A DNA stretch of 64,000 nt from Dehalococcoidia bacterium (GCA_034433305.1 DAOUAM010000089.1:3466-67465); one strand, 5' to 3'. Counted from the stretch's first letter, positions 1 to 8,702 are shown. Program-made: numbers and translations. The notes: generated by a model from the sequence alone, not told the origin.

Positions 1-974
1 CCACCGTTGACCCCGCCAGCAGGCCCAGGGCCAGCGGCCCTCGCCTGGACACGTCCCTGACCGAGGCCAGCACCACGGTCCCCACCAGGGCACCTATGCC
101 AAAGGCCGAGGACAGCAGGCCCAGCACCTGTGGCCCGGCGTCAAAGACCCTGGCCGTCACCACCGGCAACTGCTGGATGGTGGGCATGATGAAGAAGGAA
201 GGTATGAAGGCCATGGCGATAAGCGCCAGCAGCACCGTGTCCTTCATCACGTACTGGAAGCCCTCTTTCAGGTCTCCGCCCACGGAGTGAGCGCCTGCCT
301 TGTGGCCGGCCTCTCGGTAAGGCATCTTGAGGGGCACTACCAGCAGGATGATAATGATGTACAGGGACGCCTGGATGACGAAGTTGCCGCCCATGCCGGC
401 CAGCACAATGAGAAAGCCGCCTATCATGGGCGCGATGGTCCGCGTGAGGTTGAAGGCCATGGACTGCAGGGCGATGGCGTTCATCAGGTCCTGCTTGGGG
501 ACTGTGTTAGCCACGAGGGACTGGCGCAGCGGCCCCAGGATAGACCAGCATGTAAATGGCGGCGTGCCAGACCTTCACCCAGTTGCCCATGACCAGCACG
601 GCGAAGGCTATGGCCGACAGGGCCATGATGCCCTGGACGGCCATCAGCATCTTCCTCCTGTCCACGCGGTCTATGGCTACCCCGGCCAGCGGGCCGACCA
701 GCAGGAAGGGTAGCGCCCGGGTGGCGCTCACCACTCCCACCAGCACCGCCGACTCGGACAGGGTCCACACCAGCCAGCCCACGGTGACCTGCTGGATCCA
801 CTGGGCCGCGCCGTTGAGCATGGTGGTGCCCCAGAGGAGGCGGAAATCGGTGTGCTGGAGGGCGGTGAAGGTGGCGAGGTTGATACCTTTGTGGCTACGC
901 CTGGCTACTGAGGCGGTGTCGGAGGCGACGATGTCCTGGGGGTTGCTGGCAATGCGCTCGTGCTGAACAGACAT
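1..974 (-). pseudogene. MFS transporter (MFS_3/EntS-like); C-terminal end lies beyond the window edge; reading frame broken near 540-575
   Basis: ATG at 974 opens MSVQHERIASN...FRLLWGTTMLNGAAQWIQQVTVGWLVW...LLVGPLAGVAIDRVDRRKML, typical of MFS TM1-TM3. This frame stops at 507 (...AAIYMLVYPGAAAPVPRG*). The +1 frame then reads stop-free to position 2 as LGPLRQSLVANTVPKQDLMNAIALQSMAFNLTRTIAPMIGGFL...GIGALVGTVVLASV, a clear continuation of the same transporter. Confidence 0.6.
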
Positions 975-1159
975 GTCTTTTATCTTGTACCAGCGCGGCG
1001 TACTCGCCGCGCACGCTATGCCCGGGAAAGCCCCGGGATGTAAGGGCAATTATATTTTCCGCCAGCATGCCTGTCAACGGCGCTCGCACCAGTAGCATGC
1101 GCTCTGGCAAACGGTGGGGCAAGCCTTGTCGTCACTCCGGGCCTGGGCCTGCCCGGGGA

Positions 1160-1519
1160 TCAGGAGTGGCCCTCCAGCAGACGCTCCAGCGCCTTCCGGT
1201 CTGCTCCAATGATGAGTTGCTCGCCCACCTGTACCAGCGGCCGGCGGATAAGTCGTGGCTCACCCAGCATCAGCCGCAGTAGCTGGCCGTCGTCAAGCTC
1301 CTCTCGCTTCAGGCCCAGCGCCTTGAAGGACGGGCTGTTCCACGAAAAGACCTCGGCGGGGGAGCGGCCGCCTATCAGGCGGCGCAGTTCATCCTCGCTG
1401 AACCTCTCCTGGAAAAAGTCCCGCTCCTCGACAATCTCGGCGCCCTTCTGTAAGAGCAACGCTCTTACGTCGCGGCAGGTGGTTCAGCGCTTCCAGGTGT
1501 AAAATCGTACCTGGGCCAT
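1160..1519 (-). CDS. ArsC/Spx/YffB-family thioredoxin-fold protein with in-frame UGA at codon 12 (candidate selenocysteine, U-T-T-C motif)
   Basis: ATG 1519..1517 opens MAQVRFYTWKR, then TGA (1486..1484). The same frame continues TTCRDVRALLLQKGAEIVEERDFF...RLIRRPLVQVGEQLIIGADRKALERLLEGHS* to the stop at 1160. The family N-terminus normally carries CxxC or a single Cys at this spacing. A SECIS-like hairpin lies 15 nt downstream of the TGA. Confidence 0.7.
1450..1468 (-). promoter_or_regulatory. candidate bacterial SECIS hairpin (GUAAGAGC-GUU-GCUCUUAC)
   Basis: Perfect 8-bp stem with a 3-nt GUU loop (or 7 bp with loop CGUUG). It starts 15 nt after the in-frame UGA at 1486..1484. G-U in the apical loop matches known bacterial SECIS elements. 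Confidence 0.55.
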
Positions 1520-1672
1520 GGCAAACCCCCAGAGGATGGTAGCAAATGGACGAGCGGGAGGCAATGCCGGCTGCTGTTGACAGGCCCGTGGGGCATCCCT
1601 ATATTTCAGCGAGGGCCTGGCACCAGGCCAGCGCCTTCCGGTATGCCAGATCTGACAAGGAGTAGCAAGACT

Positions 1673-2851
1673 ATGGCAGGGCCGCTTCGAGTAGGCGTGG
1701 CAGGCGTGGGGCAGCGCGGGCTGCAGCACCTGAACGCCCTGGCGCAGCTCCAGCAGGAGGAGGTGGTGCGCATCGCCGCGCTGGCGGACCCCTTCCCCGA
1801 CAACCTGGCCGAGGACAAGATACGCAAGGCCGCTCCCTCTTACTCCCAGAGGGACGTTAAGCTCTACACCAGCGTGCGGGAGATGATTGACGACGCCAAT
1901 CTGGATGCCATCTGGTTCGCCATCCCGCCCAACCAGCACCGGGGCGAGGTCGAGTACGCCGCCCAGCATGGCCTGCACATCCTGGCCGAGAAGCCCCAGT
2001 CCCTGTTCCTGGACGAGGTGCTGCGCCAGGACGAGGCTATCACCAGGGCGGGTGTGCTGTCCATGGTCGGTTTCCAGATGCGCTACGACCGGGGCTACAC
2101 GGACATTCGCGACTACCTGGCGGGCAAGTGGGTGGCATCCATGGTCATGGTCTCGGAGGGCGCGGTGGAAGGCCACGGCGTCAAGCACACCCACACCGAG
2201 AAGCTGGGCGGCCCCAGGGACCGCGTCTGGACGGCCGACCGGCGCTGGTCGGGGACGTCCATCGTCGAGGCGGGCATTCACCAGACGGACATCATGCGCT
2301 ACTGGTCGGACGATGACGTGGCCTGGGTCCGGGCGGACTACGTGGAGAGGCCACGGGAGCTATGGGACTCCGAGGGCGACAACCCCATCTTCTACACGGT
2401 CACCTATGGCTTCAGGAAGGGTGCGGTGGGCAACCTGATATTCACCAAGCCGGCCCGCTCCTACTACACAGGCCGCTTCGATGGCATTATCTGGACCCAC
2501 GGCACCATAAAGCTGGAAGAAGACTATGTGGACTACCACTACGACGGCGCTGACTGGCCGCCAGCCAGGAAACCGACGCGGGCCGAAGTCCGCAAGGTCG
2601 TCTCAAAAGGCCCCCACACGGTGGCCATGGGCGCCGAGAACACCAGGGCGCTGTCCCGTAGCTTCGCCGAGGCCGTCACGCTGGGCAGGCCCGAGCTGCT
2701 GCGCAACACCTTCCACTCCTCCATCAACTCCCTGGCGGCGGTGCTGGCCGCCAACGCGTCCAATGAGCTGGGCGGCGAGAAGGTGGACATAGAGGAGTTC
2801 ATCCACGGCGACCGCTACGCCGGGTCCCGGCGCCGGCCAGCGGAGAAATAG
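1673..2851 (+). CDS. Gfo/Idh/MocA family NAD(P)-dependent oxidoreductase
   Basis: ATG at 1673 is preceded by AAGGAG. The N-terminus MAGPLRVGVAGVGQRGLQHLNAL is a Rossmann motif, and EKP is present (HILAEKPQS). I trimmed the start from the track ORF 1577. Confidence 0.8.
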   Translation: MAGPLRVGVAGVGQRGLQHLNALAQLQQEEVVRIAALADPFPDNLAEDKIRKAAPSYSQRDVKLYTSVREMIDDANLDAIWFAIPPNQHRGEVEYAAQHGLHILAEKPQSLFLDEVLRQDEAITRAGVLSMVGFQMRYDRGYTDIRDYLAGKWVASMVMVSEGAVEGHGVKHTHTEKLGGPRDRVWTADRRWSGTSIVEAGIHQTDIMRYWSDDDVAWVRADYVERPRELWDSEGDNPIFYTVTYGFRKGAVGNLIFTKPARSYYTGRFDGIIWTHGTIKLEEDYVDYHYDGADWPPARKPTRAEVRKVVSKGPHTVAMGAENTRALSRSFAEAVTLGRPELLRNTFHSSINSLAAVLAANASNELGGEKVDIEEFIHGDRYAGSRRRPAEK

Positions 2852-3020
2852 CGGCTCCTGGCGTGGTCAGTGGCCGGCGCACGTGATGGCGCTGGCGCGA
2901 AGCCTGCGATGACGCGCCGGGGCAAAGGGTATACTGTTACCCGCGCGGGGCGCGCGGAGACTGTGCGGGGCCTGTCAGGGAGAGCCACACTCTCCTGGCT
3001 GCCCCATCGAAAGGCCAGCT

Positions 3021-4322
3021 ATGAGCACAAGCACCAGGGGGGTAGAGACCCGGAAAAAGGGCCGCCTGTTCTATGGCTGGTGGGTAGTTGCGGCGGCATC
3101 GCTGCAGGGGATGTTTGGCAATGGCGTTGTATCTAACGGCTTCTCCATATACTTCCAGCCCATCCGGCAAGACCTGGGCATCAGCTACACGGCCATGTCG
3201 CTGGTGTTCAGCCTGGCCCGCGCCGAAGGAGGCATAGCCGGCCCACTGGTGGGCTGGCTGGTGGACCGTTTCGGTGCCAGGCGCATGGTGTTCCTGGGCG
3301 GACTCATGGCCGGGCTGGGGCTTATAGCCATCTCCCGCGCCAGCGCCTACTGGCAACTGCTGGTGCTCTTCGCTGGTATCGTCTCCGTAGGCAAGTCCTC
3401 GGGCCTGGGGCAGACGCTGATGGCCGCCGTCAACCAGTGGTTCATCCGGCGCAAGGGGCTGGCCATGTCCATCCTCATGACCAGCTTCGCCGGAGGTGGC
3501 GCCATCGTGGTGCCCCTCATGAGCCAGGGCATCACCCATCTGGGATGGCGCGACACGGTGTTCTATACCGGCATCTTTGTGCTGCTGCTGACCCTGCCCA
3601 TTTCGCTGGTCATTCACAGCAGGCCGGAGGACCTGGGCCTGCGGCCAGATGGCGATGACGAGCCTGCGCCGGCGAAGCCAGGGGAGAAGGCTGGGGCGGG
3701 CCACGCTTCCCAGGAGTTCACGCTAAAGCAGGCGGTGCGGACTTCCGCCTTCTGGTTGCTGCTGGTGGGCCTCACGGCCCGGATCTCGGCCACCAACGCC
3801 ATGATAATCCACATATTCCCCATGCTGGAGGGCGAAGGCATCCCCAGCGAGACGGCGGCGTTCCTGGTGTCCGGCATGTTCTTCCTGGCCATCCCCCTGC
3901 GGTTCGGCCTGGGCGTGGCCGGTGACTTCCTGTCGCCGCGCAAGGTCCTGGTGACAGGCATGGGGGCCGTGACGCTGGGCCTGGTGGCCCTGCTGCTCTT
4001 CCAGGGCATGGCCGGGGTGGCCGTGTTCATGCTGGGGCTGGCCCTGGTGGAAGGCATCACCTCGGTCAACTGGATACTGGTGGGCCAGTACTTTGGCCGT
4101 GGCCGGTTTGCCAGCATCATGGGCCTGATGAGCATGGCCCACAACGTGGGCATGATGGTCTCGCCCATCTTCAGTGGCTGGGTGAAGGACCAGACGGGCA
4201 GCTACAACCTGGTGATGGTGACCTTCATACCCCTGTACATAATCGGCGCCATCGCCTTCGCGCTGGCCCGCAAGCCCAGCCTGCCCGTGGCGGAGCAGGG
4301 GCTGCCTGCTCACTCGCCCTGA
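3021..4322 (+). CDS. MFS transporter, oxalate/formate antiporter (OFA)-like
   Basis: 433 aa and polytopic. It contains FYGWWVVAAASLQGMFGNGV...GPLVGWLVDRFGARRMVFLGG (MFS signature loop) and has about 12 hydrophobic segments. Confidence 0.8.
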   Translation: MSTSTRGVETRKKGRLFYGWWVVAAASLQGMFGNGVVSNGFSIYFQPIRQDLGISYTAMSLVFSLARAEGGIAGPLVGWLVDRFGARRMVFLGGLMAGLGLIAISRASAYWQLLVLFAGIVSVGKSSGLGQTLMAAVNQWFIRRKGLAMSILMTSFAGGGAIVVPLMSQGITHLGWRDTVFYTGIFVLLLTLPISLVIHSRPEDLGLRPDGDDEPAPAKPGEKAGAGHASQEFTLKQAVRTSAFWLLLVGLTARISATNAMIIHIFPMLEGEGIPSETAAFLVSGMFFLAIPLRFGLGVAGDFLSPRKVLVTGMGAVTLGLVALLLFQGMAGVAVFMLGLALVEGITSVNWILVGQYFGRGRFASIMGLMSMAHNVGMMVSPIFSGWVKDQTGSYNLVMVTFIPLYIIGAIAFALARKPSLPVAEQGLPAHSP

Positions 4323-4503
4323 AAACGTGCAGGGGCGCCTGCCGCGTAAGGCGCCCCTGCTGTGGCCTGTTCGGCCGGGTATTGTCCGGCCGGGGAGGGC
4401 GCCGGCTATGGGGCCGGCGCCTGGTTATCTATGTGAAACGCTGTGAGTTGGAGTAGAATAAATAGTACCAATTAACAGCGGCTTCACAAATCCTGCTGCA
4501 CTT

Positions 4504-4671
4504 CTAGAGAGCGAAGGGCAGATCGAGTCGCACGATAGCCTGGTAGTCCCTCTTGGCCTCTTCCACCGTCGGAGCGACGGAGGGGCAATGGCGCTGGACG
4601 TTGGCCAGGTAGAGCTCGAACCCGCTGAGCTGATTCAGACCACGGATGCTATGTATAAACCGGTTCAGCAT
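4504..4671 (-). CDS. small 55-aa protein, weakly YbdD/YjiX (DUF466)-like
   Basis: Hand translation gives MLNRFIHSIRGLNQLSGFELYLANVQRHCPSVAPTVEEAKRDYQAIVRLDLPFAL*. The pattern L-x2-L-S-G-x3-Y-x3-V-x-R-H-x-P...P..EE resembles the DUF466 core. It falls below the 60-aa track cutoff and sits in an AT-rich spacer. Confidence 0.3.
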   Translation of the reverse strand: MLNRFIHSIRGLNQLSGFELYLANVQRHCPSVAPTVEEAKRDYQAIVRLDLPFAL

Positions 4672-4763
4672 TTTGGTCTACACCTCCTGTGCTGTGAACT
4701 GTCCCGCCGGGAGTGCTGCTGCGCCGGCGTGACTTGTTCCACAGTTTTGATTATCCCTCTTAG

Positions 4764-4793
4764 ATGACATCATGTAAAGAGATATAGTATAAT
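4764..4793 (+). promoter_or_regulatory. sigma70-like promoter upstream of the LysR-family gene (-35 ATGACA, 18-bp spacer, -10 TATAAT)
   Basis: ATGACA at 4764..4769 and a perfect TATAAT at 4788..4793, about 45 nt upstream of the TTG start at 4837. Confidence 0.45.
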
Positions 4794-4800
4794 AGAGGCC

Positions 4801-4815
4801 ATCAGAGATAATGAT
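4801..4815. promoter_or_regulatory. dyad ATCA-N7-TGAT (LysR-type T-N11-A-like box)
   Basis: The sequence atcagagataatgat lies between the putative -10 and the LysR start codon, a position typical of autoregulatory LTTR sites. Confidence 0.35.
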
Positions 4816-4836
4816 AGTCACTGGGAGGCAAGAATT

Positions 4837-5739
4837 TTGGAGCTACGCGAGCTGAGAAGTTTTTGCGCGGCGGCCAAGCTGAGGAGCATATCCAAGGCAG
4901 CGGAGTACCTGGGAATCGGGCAGCCCACGGTCACCATGCACATCAAGAAGCTGGAGGAAGAGCTGGGGGTGATGCTGTTCGACAGGATCAAGCGGCCCAT
5001 CCAGCTTACCCTATCGGGCGCCACGCTGGCGCGTCTGGCCACCCCTCTGGTGGAGGGCATAGACGCTCTGGCTGCCAGGACAACGCTGGCCGAAGCCGAA
5101 GGCCCGGTCTACATTGCCGCGCCTCACGACATTATCCCCCACACGCTCCTGAGAGTAGTGAGGGCCTTCCGCTCTCTCTATCCCAACGTCCACCTGCGCA
5201 TCCGCTCCGGCCTGAGGACGGACGTGCTGCACATGGTGGCGGAGGGCGAAGTAGATATTGGCATCGTGCCTGGCCCTGAGAAAAGTCCCGCGTTCGACTT
5301 CCTGCCCATGTTCGGGTACGAAAGAGTGCTCATCACCCCCCTGGGCCATCTCCTCACCCAGGAGCCTCTCAGGTCACTGGACCAGATCGCCCGCTGGCCT
5401 CTCATCCTCATGGGACCGCGGACCTATACGCGGACACTGCTGGAGACCGAGTTCCGACGCAAGGGCCTGAGCTACGACATTATCATGGAGTTGGGGGACA
5501 TGGACACCATCAAGCGCTATGTCTCCCTGGGCATGGGTGTGTCCGTGGGGCCCAGTCTGGCCATCGAGCCTGAGGACGAGGAGCAACTGGGCGTCCTCAG
5601 CATGGCGAACCTGCTGCCGGTGGAGCAGGCTGGCATCGTGGTCCTGCGGGGCAAGACCCTCTCCACGCCAGCCCAGAACTTCATCAAGGTGATGCGCGAT
5701 ACCCTTATGCCGGCCCTGCCGGTCGCCAGCAGGAGATAA
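4837..5739 (+). CDS. LysR family transcriptional regulator
   Basis: TTG start. The N-terminal wHTH is MELRELRSFCAAAKLRSISKAAEYLGIGQPTVTMHIKKLEEELGVMLFDR, followed by a substrate-binding domain of about 200 aa. Confidence 0.9.
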   Translation: MELRELRSFCAAAKLRSISKAAEYLGIGQPTVTMHIKKLEEELGVMLFDRIKRPIQLTLSGATLARLATPLVEGIDALAARTTLAEAEGPVYIAAPHDIIPHTLLRVVRAFRSLYPNVHLRIRSGLRTDVLHMVAEGEVDIGIVPGPEKSPAFDFLPMFGYERVLITPLGHLLTQEPLRSLDQIARWPLILMGPRTYTRTLLETEFRRKGLSYDIIMELGDMDTIKRYVSLGMGVSVGPSLAIEPEDEEQLGVLSMANLLPVEQAGIVVLRGKTLSTPAQNFIKVMRDTLMPALPVASRR

Positions 5740-5861
5740 GACCAGCGCAGCGCCACGCCGACAAAGGGAGTCCTCACGGAAAGTCCCTATTCATGGGGCA
5801 GGTGCCAGGCCTGTGCCTCATGACCGGGGTAGCCAGGTCTGGAAGGCGGGCTGCCTGGCTA

Positions 5862-6854
5862 TCACTTCCTGACGCCGACCAGCCTGGCCGTCACCAGTTG
5901 CCGGTGGTCGTAGTAGGGCCTGCGGGCACAGGTCACCAGCGTGATGGTAGCCTCGTCAGAGTCGTAGAGGGTCAACTCGTCCTGGTGGACTACTCTGGAC
6001 GATACAGCCTGGTACAGGTATTCTCCGTCCTCACTGTTGAGGATGATATAGACTGGCGTCCCGTTGACCAGTAGCTGAGGGATTTCGGGCAGCCTGTGAA
6101 AGACGTTGCCTTCTCCTTTGAAGGGGCTTTCCAGGTGGCCGAAAAGCCAGCCGTTGCCAAGCTCTCCGGGGTTGGCCGTGACCGGGATGTGGCCGACGAC
6201 GTGCTTGGGGGTCTCGTATTCCTTGCGGCCATTGCGCTCGATGATGGCCAGAGGCTTGACAGGCGAGTCCACGTCTATAAGGGGAATGCGGATGCGCACC
6301 CCGGCCGACCTGTCGCCGTGGGCCAGCCCAACGTCTGCGGGGGTCACGGGCCTGTAGCCCTCGGGCAGGCCGCGCTCCTGGGGCACATAAACATCCGTGC
6401 CGGCCCAGAGCGGCTGGTGCCAGTCCTTGGGATGGATCAGGTACCCGGGATATATAGATGCATAGCTGCTAGCCGGGAAGTCCAACGCATCAGGCCCTGC
6501 CTGTGGGGCCTGGGAGCCTGGCTGCCCGGGGGATGGCTGGGCCTCGTGCTCCGGTGGCGTGACGCCACCTTCAGGGGAAGAGTGGGCCGAGGCTGGTGGC
6601 TGAGGCCATTGCTCCCAGGCACCAGCCCCGACCGGTACGGGCAAGGAGGGTACGGGGCCTTCTATGGAAACGTTAAGCTTATCAAGCTGTGCGCCAGTAT
6701 AGGCCCCGTAAGCGTGGTAAGCGCCGACGCCAAGCAAAAGCAGCAGGCCGGTGAAAACCAACACCAGGCCTATGATTCCGCTGAGACGTCCTTGACCTCG
6801 GACTGCTGTTATCGGCACCGTCTTTCCCAAAGCAATCGTTACCTGCTGCCCCAC
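5862..6854 (-). CDS. sortase-family transpeptidase, N-terminally membrane anchored with a Pro-rich linker
   Basis: TM segment IIGLVLVFTGLLLLLGVGAY. The catalytic region has WLFGHLE (His) and ITLVTCARRP (TLxTC Cys), followed by Arg (LVTARLV). Confidence 0.8.
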   Translation of the reverse strand: MGQQVTIALGKTVPITAVRGQGRLSGIIGLVLVFTGLLLLLGVGAYHAYGAYTGAQLDKLNVSIEGPVPSLPVPVGAGAWEQWPQPPASAHSSPEGGVTPPEHEAQPSPGQPGSQAPQAGPDALDFPASSYASIYPGYLIHPKDWHQPLWAGTDVYVPQERGLPEGYRPVTPADVGLAHGDRSAGVRIRIPLIDVDSPVKPLAIIERNGRKEYETPKHVVGHIPVTANPGELGNGWLFGHLESPFKGEGNVFHRLPEIPQLLVNGTPVYIILNSEDGEYLYQAVSSRVVHQDELTLYDSDEATITLVTCARRPYYDHRQLVTARLVGVRK

Positions 6855-7004
6855 CTCTTCACAACCCTTGAGTCAGCCGGCGGCTTTATATGGCAGGAGA
6901 ATGAGTGGCTAAAGTCAGTCTAACAGACCGGGGAGATAGCCGCCAACTGTGCTTGTGGGACCCCTCCAACGAAGCCCGCTCTCACCCAGGGTGCCCAGCC
7001 CGAA

Positions 7005-7217
7005 TCAGCGCACGCGAGGAGAGTGCATCGCCCCGCTGGCGATGGGTTCGTTCAGGTATACATCGCCATTACGGATCTTGATGTTGAACCCGCACTCCGG
7101 ATTGCTACATACCCACGCTTTATAGTGGATCGGCGCACCCTGGCTTCCGAAGTCGGATAAAGGTAGCAAATTCCCACTAAGACACCTGCGGCACTGTGGC
7201 CAAGTATTCTGCTCCAC
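7005..7217 (-). CDS. small C4 zinc-ribbon protein (hypothetical)
   Basis: GTG at 7217 lies 6 nt after GAGGAGG. The product MEQNTWPQCRRCLSGN...WVCSNPECGFNIKIRNG has CxxC...Cx4C. Local G+C is visibly lower than in the neighbouring genes. Confidence 0.5.
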   Translation of the reverse strand: MEQNTWPQCRRCLSGNLLPLSDFGSQGAPIHYKAWVCSNPECGFNIKIRNGDVYLNEPIASGAMHSPRVR

Positions 7218-7294
7218 TGATTCCTCCTCTAATTCCACCCCACTTGGGTAAGGGCGCGGCAAGTATAGCATTATGATATGAGATTAAACAAGTC

Positions 7295-7903
7295 CTATTT
7301 AGGTGTTCCCTCGCCCGACCCGCTGCCCAGTGTCACCGACGCCAGTCGCTGGTAAATGGCCCCATCGGGCTTCAGGATACTTTTCATCAGGCTGACCGAG
7401 CCTACCTCTATGGGCACCCTGGGGCTGGCCCACGCTGACATCAGCGCCCGCTCCGCCTCGCGTCTTTCGGCGGGAGGAGTCCCCTCCTTGATGCGCCCTA
7501 TGGTAAGGTGCGGCTGGAAGCCCCTCTCCTCCCTGGGGAAGCCCAGTGCCTCCAGGGCTGCCTCCACGTCCCGCTGAAGGGAGCGCAGCGGCCCTACATC
7601 CCCTTCGATGCCCACCCACAAGACCCTTGGCGCCGAGCGCTCCGGGAACACGCCAGCGCCGGACAGCCCCAGCACGAAGGGCGTGTGAGCGCTGGCGACG
7701 CGGGCCAGGGCACTGGTTATGGCATCCACCTGGGCCACCTGGACAACGCCCAGGAACTTCAGAGTCAGGTGCACGCCCTCGGGCCTCACCAGCCTGACGC
7801 CGCGCAGCCTAGCCCGCGAAAGGGCCTGCACCAGCTCCCCCAGGGCTTCCCTGGCCTGAGTGGAAAGCTCTATGGCAACGAAAGCGCGCACCTGCTCCGT
7901 CAT
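7295..7903 (-). CDS. thpR: RNA 2',3'-cyclic phosphodiesterase (2H phosphoesterase, LigT/ThpR)
   Basis: Two H-x-T-x motifs are present: VHLTLKFLG and PHLTIGRI. Its start overlaps the mug stop (ATGA). Confidence 0.85.
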   Translation of the reverse strand: MTEQVRAFVAIELSTQAREALGELVQALSRARLRGVRLVRPEGVHLTLKFLGVVQVAQVDAITSALARVASAHTPFVLGLSGAGVFPERSAPRVLWVGIEGDVGPLRSLQRDVEAALEALGFPREERGFQPHLTIGRIKEGTPPAERREAERALMSAWASPRVPIEVGSVSLMKSILKPDGAIYQRLASVTLGSGSGEGTPK

Positions 7904-8433
7904 TGGCGTTTCAGCTCATCTCTCAGGTCCTTCAGCCGCCTGTACCAGGAGGCCAACTCGTCCAGGGAAGTGCTGGCGTTGGCCGCGCTGGGGCTTGGCA
8001 CAAGGAACACCTTTGAGCCTCCGATAGCGTGCGGCTGAAGACCTGTGCGTGGTGCCTCCTCCACCTCCTCCGCGTACCTGAGGTAGCTGCGGTAGGCCGT
8101 GTACCCATTGAAGCAGACTATGCGCGGCTGGGACTGCTCCAGCTTGGCCTGGAGGACCGGCGCTCCCTGGCGGAAGTCGCTGGCCCTGAGTTCAGAGGCG
8201 CTGCGGGTAGGGCGCTTCACGATATCGGTGAAGCCAATCCCCTGCTGCAGCGCCATCCAGTCCCTGCTGGCATCCAGTGGCCAGGCCAGCAGCCCAGCGC
8301 GGTTGATGGCCGGCCAGAACCTGTTGCTGGGAGAGGCGAAGTAATGGCCTACCTGCGCCGAGTACAGCCCCGGGTTAATGCCCACGAATACGATGTCCAG
8401 CCCTGGGGCGAGGTAGTCGGGCAGGGTATTCAT
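7900..8433 (-). CDS. mug: G/U mismatch-specific DNA glycosylase (Mug/TDG family)
   Basis: DIVFVGINPGLYSAQVGHYFASPSNRFWP contains the GINPG motif. Length is 177 aa. Confidence 0.85.
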   Translation of the reverse strand: MNTLPDYLAPGLDIVFVGINPGLYSAQVGHYFASPSNRFWPAINRAGLLAWPLDASRDWMALQQGIGFTDIVKRPTRSASELRASDFRQGAPVLQAKLEQSQPRIVCFNGYTAYRSYLRYAEEVEEAPRTGLQPHAIGGSKVFLVPSPSAANASTSLDELASWYRRLKDLRDELKRQ

Positions 8434-8702
8434 CTGCCACCCCTATGCCGGTGAACACATGCCCTCAAGCACAAGTTTAAAAGAATTACCATGGTTTAAA
8501 CAAGCGGTCTAACCATGTTTGCTTAGCGCAATCAGGGGAGCGTGTTACACCCTTTGCTCAATGGAGGGCCGACAGGGGCAGGTGTCCAGTGGCAGCCTGC
8601 CTCTTGACTTAGTGAGGCATAGGGTGGGAGGGTGGGAAAAGCCACGTTTGCCTCAACAAGACTGCACAGGCGTGCTGGAGGAAGACACCTACCCCTGTCT
8701 GC

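Noticed and set aside
1484-2281. 265-aa minus-strand ORF in the track
   Set aside because: It is antisense to the well-supported Gfo/Idh/MocA gene (1673..2851) and has a low-complexity Arg/Gly/Pro/Leu-rich product. Only its last 11 codons (MAQVRFYTWKR) appear real, as the N-terminus of the candidate selenoprotein.
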